A DNA stretch of 64,000 nt from Minisyncoccota bacterium (lineage in GTDB: Bacteria > Patescibacteriota > Minisyncoccia > Phycocordibacterales > UBA2100), in assembly GCA_043780835.1 (NCBI GenBank), contig JAYWCB010000010.1:66845-130844 (forward strand), given 5' to 3'. Every line of letters begins with the position of its first letter. Position 1 is the first letter of the stretch. The position numbers were made by a program, and so were the translations under genes. Below are positions 56,791 through 64,000 of the stretch, piece by piece. The notes beneath the pieces are model-generated. The model was not told the DNA's origin. It saw nothing but the letters and a program-made list of their open reading frames with translations, and ran no database searches.

Positions 56791-57903
56791 TTGGCTAAAA
56801 ATAAGGATTCTTCGTCAGCTTTGTCGAAGATGAAATATCGAAAATTGAAGCCCTTGCGAATGGCGGTCTCTTTGATTTCTTTACTGCTCATCGTGGGTAC
56901 TCTGCTTCCGGCGGTCGCGCGAGCAAGTATCATCTCGGATATCATCGGCGCTATCAACATTTCAATTCACGGCAACATCGCGGAAGCAGAAACGGTGACC
57001 GGCTCAGGGAACGTGCAGACAATGCAGCTGCCAAAAGCCGGGCTCAATGCGGGTCAAAATACGGGCGGCACCATTACTGTGGTAGATGATTCTGCGCTCG
57101 TTTCCGACGGTGGACCGGCGGGCACGGTGTACACACCAAAGAATTTGACCGTTTCAACCCATCTTGTGAAAGAGGGTGAGACCATCTCAGGAATTGCCGC
57201 ATCGTATGACGTGAGCCCGGATACGATTCGATGGGCGAACAATTTGTCGAAGACGTCGGTCCTTAAATCCGGTCAATCACTCACAATTTTGCCGGTGACG
57301 GGCACCAAACATACGGTCAAAAAAGGCGATACGCTCGCAGCGATCGCGAAGAAATACGACGGTGATGCAACGGAAATTGCAAGTTACAACGGCGTTGATG
57401 ACACGACGCTGGTCATTGGGTCAGAAGTCATTATTCCGAACGGTGAAATTCAAGCACCTCCGGCTGCGCCTGTTCAGGTTGTAAAGAAATCGAGCGGCAT
57501 TGTGAAGGTGCTTAGCACTACTATCACCAATACGATATCTGCAGGATATTATTCTGCGCCGCTCGCGCACTACATCAAAACACAGGGAATTCATGGCACC
57601 AATGGCGTCGATATCGTTTCTATGGACGGTGTCAACGGATCGATCCTGGCGGCAGCTGAGGGAGACGTGGTCGTTGCGATGGACGGCGGGTACAACGGCG
57701 GGTATGGTAGTTACGTCGTCATTCAACACGATAACGGTTCGCAAACTCTGTATTCGCACATGTCGAGTGTCAGTTCAACGGTTGGAGAACATGTGGTACG
57801 AGGGCAGGTCATCGGTTACCAAGGCCGAACAGGTAAGGTTACAGGACCGACCGGCTACCACCTCCATTTCGAGATTCGTAACGGCATCCGTAATCCGTTC
57901 TAA
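56791..57903 (+). CDS. LysM + M23 peptidase (start uncertain)
   Basis: Signal/TM, two LysM repeats (HLVKEGETISGIA; HTVKKGDTLAAIA), HGTNGVD, GGYGSYVVIQH, LYSH, HLHFE. Confidence 0.92.
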   Translation: MAKNKDSSSALSKMKYRKLKPLRMAVSLISLLLIVGTLLPAVARASIISDIIGAINISIHGNIAEAETVTGSGNVQTMQLPKAGLNAGQNTGGTITVVDDSALVSDGGPAGTVYTPKNLTVSTHLVKEGETISGIAASYDVSPDTIRWANNLSKTSVLKSGQSLTILPVTGTKHTVKKGDTLAAIAKKYDGDATEIASYNGVDDTTLVIGSEVIIPNGEIQAPPAAPVQVVKKSSGIVKVLSTTITNTISAGYYSAPLAHYIKTQGIHGTNGVDIVSMDGVNGSILAAAEGDVVVAMDGGYNGGYGSYVVIQHDNGSQTLYSHMSSVSSTVGEHVVRGQVIGYQGRTGKVTGPTGYHLHFEIRNGIRNPF

Positions 57904-57922
57904 AAAGAGATCGCTTCGCTAC

Positions 57923-57952
57923 AAAAAACGCGCTTGTGTAAGCGCGTTTTTT
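57923..57952. terminator. Intrinsic terminator
   Basis: AAAAAACGCGCTT-GTGT-AAGCGCGTTTTTT. Confidence 0.8.
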
Positions 57953-57997
57953 CGTGTTGAATCGCTCCAGAGATTCATTGAGGCAAGGAGATGCTCG

Positions 57998-58798
57998 ATG
58001 GTGGGAATGATTGTCGTTGCTGCCGGGTATGGGACACTCCGGTCTAAAAACGGGAGACCGGTCTCAAAGCTTATGGAACGAATCCATGGACAACCAATGT
58101 TTATGCATGCGCTTCGGCGAGCCAACATTGTCGGCATTCGGGAAATTGTGATTGTCGCAAATCCGATGTATGTCGATGAGTTTAAGGACGCGGTCCGGCG
58201 GGCCATCGACGTAGACTTTATTCGGAACCAGCCGGTATTTGTGTCGCAACAGAATCGACATGGCGCCGCAGACGCGGTCTCGTATGCAATTCCTTCTTTG
58301 GTGGGCCGCGGCATTCGACGGGCGCTCATTACATACGGCGACATGCCCGAGTGGTCTGCGAACACGTTTCGCACCCTCTTGTGCGAAGACGATGCGCGCG
58401 AGGTGGTAACGATGGTCACCGCGGAACGCTCATTGAGGTATCCGGCACTCGATCGTTATGGTCGCATACTGCGCAATGCGCACGGACACATCGCACGTGT
58501 TATGGAGGTCGATGATCCGCAAATGACTGACGACGTGTACGACATTCATAGCGTGAATCCGTCGCTGTGGATTTGGGACCTTGCGTGGTTGCAGAAAATG
58601 ATTCCTTTGATTCCGCCATTTCAAAAGAAGGATGGTCATGGTGATGAGTTACACATGCCGCGTCTCATCGGCATGGCAACTTCTGAAGGGCGGCACATAC
58701 AAGAAGTGGCGCTATCGTGTGCTCAGAGCAGAGAGGCGCTCGGCGTAAAAACTGCAGAGGAACTCGATGCGCTCGTGCGACGATTTGTTTGTTCGTGA
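57998..58798 (+). CDS. Sugar-phosphate nucleotidyltransferase (GlmU N-terminal-like, no acetyltransferase domain)
   Basis: VAAGYGT, SKLM..IHGQPM, QQNRHGAADAV, YGDMP, YGRILR; AAGGAG SD. Confidence 0.75.
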   Translation: MVGMIVVAAGYGTLRSKNGRPVSKLMERIHGQPMFMHALRRANIVGIREIVIVANPMYVDEFKDAVRRAIDVDFIRNQPVFVSQQNRHGAADAVSYAIPSLVGRGIRRALITYGDMPEWSANTFRTLLCEDDAREVVTMVTAERSLRYPALDRYGRILRNAHGHIARVMEVDDPQMTDDVYDIHSVNPSLWIWDLAWLQKMIPLIPPFQKKDGHGDELHMPRLIGMATSEGRHIQEVALSCAQSREALGVKTAEELDALVRRFVCS

Positions 58799-58848
58799 TC
58801 AATCACAAAAACAGTCTGGTTCGTCCCGACCGTTTTTTAATTGTGTGT

Positions 58849-59415
58849 TCATTTCATGTTCGGCGCGAGCGTTGTAACAGCCGCATTGTTCAGAAACAAT
58901 TGTACGTTTGAAACATTTGGAAATTGCTTTGCCGTTTCTTCGATTTGAATTTCCGCGCGCAGATCGTCGCAGATACCGGCGAGTCCGGACAGCGATCCGG
59001 TGAGATAAATAGTGGCAGTACCGGAAACAATTGATACATGGTCGAAATGGAGCGTTGCTCCGGTGCGGGAAATAAAATTGAACCATCCGTCAACTGAAGT
59101 TGTAGAAAGCGCAAACAGTATATTGAGTGCGGCCGTGAGCGGCGTGGTCGTACTCGGGATGGATCGATTCACCATGACAATTCTGTCGCATCCGCGCGTC
59201 GCTCCATTTGAAATCTGCGCAGTGTCGAGCATCGCAAGTTGGACGCTCGAAGTTGCCAGCGCACTTTCTGCAATCGGTGTCGCTTGTTCCGGAACTGTCG
59301 TAGGCGGTACGGGCACTCCGCCCATCGGGGGAGAATTCTGCACCCACGTCAGTACGATAAAAAGAATTGCCACCGTAGCGATGATGATGGTGAGGACAAA
59401 ATTTCGGGGACCCAT
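58849..59415 (-). CDS. GerMN-domain-like membrane-anchored protein
   Basis: N-terminal TM; GCDRIVMVNR, AALNIL, GICDD..AEIQIEETAKQFPNVSNV. Confidence 0.75.
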   Translation of the reverse strand: MGPRNFVLTIIIATVAILFIVLTWVQNSPPMGGVPVPPTTVPEQATPIAESALATSSVQLAMLDTAQISNGATRGCDRIVMVNRSIPSTTTPLTAALNILFALSTTSVDGWFNFISRTGATLHFDHVSIVSGTATIYLTGSLSGLAGICDDLRAEIQIEETAKQFPNVSNVQLFLNNAAVTTLAPNMK

Positions 59416-59455
59416 TACAGCGACTGTAGACCTATTTGCTGAAGTTGCAAAGAAG

Positions 59456-61024
59456 TCAGAAATCGCGCTGTCGATACTGCAACGCCTCCAACATATGAGC
59501 GGGTTCGATGGTGTCGCTTCCCGCGAGGTCGGCGATAGTGCGGGCAAGTTTAATGGTTCGGTGAAATCCTCGCGCGGAAAGCTTCATTGCGCGAGCGGCG
59601 CTCATGAGCGTCTCTTCAGCCTTTTGTGTGAGGCCTGCAAGTGATTCTATTTCTTTTGGTCGCATGTCTGCGTTTGTGGTCACGCCGTGTACATCGAGAA
59701 AGCGTGCTTCTTGTCGTGCTCGCGCCTGCAGAATTCTGCCGCGCGCTTTTTCGCTCAAATCGTCAGCTTGTTTCTTTTTCGTTGCGAGTGCTTCCATTGG
59801 CATGTCGCCGACTTGGACCCACATATCGATTCGATCTGCAACAGGGCCGGAAATCTTTTTGCGGTATTTGTCGATCGCATGTGGCATGCACGTGCATTCG
59901 CCGTTGCGGGAACCGTTTGAAGACTGTCCGTATCGTCCGCACGGACACGGGTTGAGCGCGGCAATGAGCATAAAATTTGCAGGAAAAATTGCAGAACCTC
60001 GTGCTCGTGCAACGCTCACCTGCGCATCTTCCAATGGTTCACGGAGTGCGTTCACCACATCGCGGTGAAACTCCGGAAACTCATCGAGAAATAATACTCC
60101 CCTATGAGCGAGCGTCACTTCGCCGGGACGCGGAATTGTACCGCCGCCGATGAGCGATGCGTACGATGATGTGTGATGCGGTGAACGAAATGGCGGCCGT
60201 GTAACCGCGCCGTGTGTCACACCTGCATACGAATGAATCGCCGTAACTTCAATCATTTCACTTTCAGAAAGATCGGGAAGGAGCGAGACCGCGGTGCGCG
60301 CGAGCATGGTTTTGCCGGTACCGGGCGGACCGTAGAGTGCAATATTGTGTCGACCTGCGGCAGCTATTTCGAGTCCGCGTTTCGCACTTTCCTGTCCGCG
60401 TATATCACTGAGTGAAACCGAAAATGTTTCGGGGACTGAACGTCGTTCTTGTTTTTCGAATGCGGAAATGACTAACGGAGAATCAGAAATATGCGCGACG
60501 ACCTCGGCGAACGTTCTGACTGGATAAATTTTTAGACCGGACACGAGTGCAGCTTCTTCGCAGTTTGCATGCGGAATAAAAAGTTCTGTGAAACCCTCGT
60601 CGCGTGCACAGAGTGCTATCGAAAGCGCGCCACGAACGGAGCGCAGCGTACCGTCGAGCGCAAGCTCACCGGAGAATAACTTACCCGTAGGATCAAACGA
60701 GAGTTGACCGGAGGCAAGCAGATACGAAAGCGCGAGTGATAAATCAAAGACAGCACCTTCTTTTTTTAGTTCCGCAGGAGCGAGCGAGAAAACAATTTTT
60801 TTATTGCTCCGTTTTGGAGATTCAAAATGACCGTCAGAATTTTTGATTGCGGCGGCGATGCGATCTTTTGCCTCTTCGACTGCTTTATCGGGAAGACCGA
60901 CAACGGTGAATGCGTGGAGTCCCCGAATGATGTCGCACTCCACCGATACGAGGTGCGCGCGCGGGAGCGCGGGTTGCGCACTGAAGACGCGAGCAAACCC
61001 GGATTCAATTTCGCCGTGAGTCAC
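59456..61024 (-). CDS. comM: YifB/ComM Mg-chelatase-like AAA+ ATPase
   Basis: VGLPDKAVEEA, LAPAELKKEG..FDL, GPPGTGKTMLA, RSPHH, PGEVTLAHRGVLFLDE, NPCPCG, ARTIADL. Confidence 0.93.
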   Translation of the reverse strand: MTHGEIESGFARVFSAQPALPRAHLVSVECDIIRGLHAFTVVGLPDKAVEEAKDRIAAAIKNSDGHFESPKRSNKKIVFSLAPAELKKEGAVFDLSLALSYLLASGQLSFDPTGKLFSGELALDGTLRSVRGALSIALCARDEGFTELFIPHANCEEAALVSGLKIYPVRTFAEVVAHISDSPLVISAFEKQERRSVPETFSVSLSDIRGQESAKRGLEIAAAGRHNIALYGPPGTGKTMLARTAVSLLPDLSESEMIEVTAIHSYAGVTHGAVTRPPFRSPHHTSSYASLIGGGTIPRPGEVTLAHRGVLFLDEFPEFHRDVVNALREPLEDAQVSVARARGSAIFPANFMLIAALNPCPCGRYGQSSNGSRNGECTCMPHAIDKYRKKISGPVADRIDMWVQVGDMPMEALATKKKQADDLSEKARGRILQARARQEARFLDVHGVTTNADMRPKEIESLAGLTQKAEETLMSAARAMKLSARGFHRTIKLARTIADLAGSDTIEPAHMLEALQYRQRDF

Positions 61025-61069
61025 AAAAACAGTATACCAGTATCTCTATGCGGAGATGCTCATATGTCT

Positions 61070-62332
61070 TTAGCGCAGGCACACGGTGCGTTGCGGTTCA
61101 GGAAGTGCGTGACAAAACGCAGCGCGCGCGACCGGGTCACTGCCGAAATAAAACTGCACGTGATCCGCAAAGGTTGAAAGACATGTCTCGGATGCACTTA
61201 GTAAGGAAACGTTTGTACACGCTGCAATTGCTGCGGGTCCCGCGTTCAGATCCTCTTCGAGTATTGCGGATGCGACTGATATGGCGCACACCCCTTGCCA
61301 GAGCTGCGGCAAGTGACTGCACGCGGTGTTGCCCGAGTCGCCGTGGCCCAGACTCGAACGACCTATAATTGCGGTGGCACTTCGGTAGCAATTGTATTCC
61401 TCTTTCGCATTCGGCTGGTGCGCGCAAAATGCGGCAACGCCGGTACCGTTCATGATCGAGATTCGGGAGAACGGCCAGCTTTCTCGCAGGCATGCTCCTT
61501 CGTCGCGGGGATCCTCGTTGTAACTGCTGCAGAACTGACGGATCGTTGAGGTTGCCGGTCGAACCGGCATTTGCTCAATCATAAGAAAATCGTCGGGCTC
61601 AAGCGGTTGATAGATCTGCATGAACACTCCTTCACGGCAGACTTGTCCGTAGTCACCATGAGACGTATCCGTCGTGCGCGCGCAGAGCGAGAGTGCTTTG
61701 TGCAGATGAGCATCGGTAATATAGACGTACAAATGACCAAGACCGTGGTAGCACGTCGCTTGAATAGAGGGTGTTGGTTTCCAATTATCGTGCGCCTCGC
61801 ATGCCTTACGGAAATCCGGGAGCAGCGCGTCAAGCGCATCGTCGGTAAGGACATTGGCACGAAAACGCCCGCCGATGACGCCGTGTGTAAATCCATTGGA
61901 GCACAATCCGTCACTTGGATTGAGCGGCATCGCTTGCATCCATCTATCGGGATCCTGTGCGACTATTTTTTCTCCCAGCTTATGGGCAAGTACGTGGCAG
62001 AACTGGTATGACTGATCACGCTTCCTGATGTTGCGAATGACATCGAAAATAAGAGGAATCGAATATTTTGGAAAAAGTTTTGGTACTTCGCGTTCGTAAC
62101 ATACCGTGTGATCTCTTCCGACATTGCACAGCGACGTCATCTGTACGGCCAGCTCTTCAGGGATGTTCCGTGGTTTGAGGTGTGTATATCGATACAGAGC
62201 AATCGCGCCGTATCCGATGCTCCACAAGAGGAAAAGAAGAAGGAATATTCGCAGTGCGCGTGTATCAAATATGGTATGAAATGAACCTCGAGGATCGCGT
62301 GTAACACGACTCAATTTTTTTTTCAATGCCAC
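61070..62332 (-). CDS. Membrane-anchored Cys/His-repeat protein
   Basis: N-terminal TM; CHVLAHKLG, CSNGFTHG, CYHGLGH, CREGVFM and regularly spaced Cys pairs. Confidence 0.75.
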   Translation of the reverse strand: MALKKKLSRVTRDPRGSFHTIFDTRALRIFLLLFLLWSIGYGAIALYRYTHLKPRNIPEELAVQMTSLCNVGRDHTVCYEREVPKLFPKYSIPLIFDVIRNIRKRDQSYQFCHVLAHKLGEKIVAQDPDRWMQAMPLNPSDGLCSNGFTHGVIGGRFRANVLTDDALDALLPDFRKACEAHDNWKPTPSIQATCYHGLGHLYVYITDAHLHKALSLCARTTDTSHGDYGQVCREGVFMQIYQPLEPDDFLMIEQMPVRPATSTIRQFCSSYNEDPRDEGACLRESWPFSRISIMNGTGVAAFCAHQPNAKEEYNCYRSATAIIGRSSLGHGDSGNTACSHLPQLWQGVCAISVASAILEEDLNAGPAAIAACTNVSLLSASETCLSTFADHVQFYFGSDPVARAAFCHALPEPQRTVCLR

Positions 62333-62356
62333 GGACGCATTGTAACCTCTGTGTCG

Positions 62357-62731
62357 CTAGATTTCTTCAGCGTGCTCTATATCAGTTCGTGCTGAGGGAA
62401 TCGCTTTGAGTCGCTCAAGCGGAATGGTATCACTGCAGACTTCGCATATACCGTACACGCCCTCATCCATTTTCTCGAGTGCGTCCGCAACATCGCGATG
62501 ACGATCCTCAAGCTCTTCCACGAGCGGCACATTGGTAGCGAGTTCTTCTATCTGATCAGCAACATCATTCGGATCGGATTCTTGTCCTTCGAAACCGGAC
62601 GAGGCGCCCTGCCAATCACCCGTGTCAGTTTGCACGCGACCATGGGCAGCCAACTCTTCTTCGAGATTCTCTTTGTCGACCTCGAGCACAGCGCGTAATT
62701 CTTCTAATTCTACTTGTGGAATTTTATTCAT
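62357..62731 (-). CDS. TraR/DksA-family transcription factor
   Basis: DPNDVA (DxxDxA tip), ALEKMDEGVYGICEVC...IPLERLKAIPSART. Confidence 0.9.
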   Translation of the reverse strand: MNKIPQVELEELRAVLEVDKENLEEELAAHGRVQTDTGDWQGASSGFEGQESDPNDVADQIEELATNVPLVEELEDRHRDVADALEKMDEGVYGICEVCSDTIPLERLKAIPSARTDIEHAEEI

Positions 62732-62785
62732 GCCGAGAGTATACCCTGACAAATACAAAATTTCGAATGAAGATTGTCCCATTCC

Positions 62786-64000
62786 TCACAGTCGTCGTCC
62801 CGCTTGAAGACGGCTCAAAATCTCAGTAAAGGTATACGGACTTTCCGCGATGATGAGTAAATCTCGCGTGGGGAACGAATAATATAACTGTATAACACCA
62901 TCATCATCTTTCAGTGCACGAACGTCGTAGTTTCGCATTACCAGATCGCTAAACTGACGCTGCGCCTGCAAACCGTCCCGACCCATTTGCAGTCGCGGAA
63001 CAGATGTAAACAGCGGTGCCAGGTCGCCGTTCATATTTTTTTCCCAGGAGAGCATGCCGTCGAACGCACGGTCGTATGATGTCACTTTGATTACTAAGAT
63101 CGGCGCATTCTTGTCGACCGTGTGAATACCGAGAAAAAAATCGTTTCCGACGGCACGCAACAGACTCTCCGGTGGCTCAATGTTCAGCGCGGTAAAAAAT
63201 TCTTGCAGGGTCGCAGGTCGCTGGATGTTTTTACCGTCTAAATCGGTCGTATTTACCATCGGAACGATATGCAATAGTGATCCAAGTGTACCGCTCGAGG
63301 TTCGCGCAAGCGCAAGTTGTGCGCGTAATGATTGCGGCGCATCGCGCGTGAGCGGAAATGGGACGGTTTGTTCGGCAAATACAAGCGATGCGGTATCGCT
63401 CGACTGACTCGGCGCGGATTGCAGTGCGGCGATATAATACACACCGCCGAGCGCACCGAGTCCCAATAGCACAAAGATACAAATTGTGAATATAACCGCC
63501 GGCGCGCGACTCGGGGCGCGTGGCGGTTCGATCACTCGATCCATTCGGGATTTTTTTTCCTGTTCAAGTGCGACCGCTTTCACGATCGACATCTTTTGTT
63601 CCAGCACAACGTGCTGCAAATCTTGTTTAAGCGTGTGCACAGAGGCGACATGTAAATCTTCGTGGAACACGTTTTGTACGGGAACGACAGATGGAGCCGA
63701 TGGCACAGATGCGTGTGTTGACGACGTGGTGGTATTTTCAGTGATATTCGCCGCGAGTATATCGGCCAGCTTTTTTCCTCCTTCAGCCGCAGCGTTAGGA
63801 GCAACGGTGCGTTCGCCGTCAGGTACATACGAACGTTTTTCGGGCAATTTTATGTTCTTCAATATTTTGTCCATGTCGGTACGCATCCCGTCCGGGGATT
63901 TTGATCTTGCACGTGGCTTGACCAGGCCCACTTCGTCTGCGATCGCGTCTCCGCTGAGGGGAAGTGCCGCAGAAGCCGGTTCCTTTTTTGATTGCGGTTT
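62786..64000 (-). CDS. Membrane-anchored hypothetical protein (5' end beyond window)
   Basis: Frame open to the window edge; central TM; AFDGMLSWE, FSDLVMRNYDVRAL, LYYSF. Confidence 0.7.
   Translation of the reverse strand, partial: KPQSKKEPASAALPLSGDAIADEVGLVKPRARSKSPDGMRTDMDKILKNIKLPEKRSYVPDGERTVAPNAAAEGGKKLADILAANITENTTTSSTHASVPSAPSVVPVQNVFHEDLHVASVHTLKQDLQHVVLEQKMSIVKAVALEQEKKSRMDRVIEPPRAPSRAPAVIFTICIFVLLGLGALGGVYYIAALQSAPSQSSDTASLVFAEQTVPFPLTRDAPQSLRAQLALARTSSGTLGSLLHIVPMVNTTDLDGKNIQRPATLQEFFTALNIEPPESLLRAVGNDFFLGIHTVDKNAPILVIKVTSYDRAFDGMLSWEKNMNGDLAPLFTSVPRLQMGRDGLQAQRQFSDLVMRNYDVRALKDDDGVIQLYYSFPTRDLLIIAESPYTFTEILSRLQAGRRL

Noticed and set aside
59895-59930. Possible palindromic insertion in ComM (GQSSNGSRNG)
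   Set aside because: The DNA is not self-complementary and this zinc-loop region varies naturally.

Overview
Gene-dense chromosomal segment spanning the replication-origin region (dnaN-dnaA | rpmH-rnpA-yidC-jag) of a streamlined bacterium. Gene content and style point to Patescibacteria/CPR, probably Parcubacteria (inference): short HolA and YebC, tRNA-Arg(GCG), a VirB2/PrgI/VirB4/VirB6-like locus with no relaxase, Cys-rich secreted proteins and almost no Shine-Dalgarno sites. Standard code 11. Housekeeping genes include a late riboflavin/FAD cluster, ruvA/B/C, polA, holA, tsaE, murE, PBP1a, pilB, rsmA, pcrA, comM, dksA/traR, rpsT and three tRNAs. The most striking unexplained signal is a family of ~100-180 bp structured intergenic elements (5 copies). 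They share a co-varying two-arm fold, sit directly behind all three tRNAs and two protein genes, and carry inverted, sometimes also direct, copies of the adjacent gene's own 3' end. Other highlights: in-frame palindromic insertions in proteins; pervasive -10 boxes 6-8 nt before start codons (leaderless expression); a mini kinase-like gene coupled to dnaN; an amber-interrupted ART-like gene facing a NUDIX gene; an Usg gene and stand-alone DnaA-domain-IV gene next to a duplicated DnaA-box block; and a candidate 6S-like RNA upstream of ruvB. All calls are by eye from motifs; no database searches were run.
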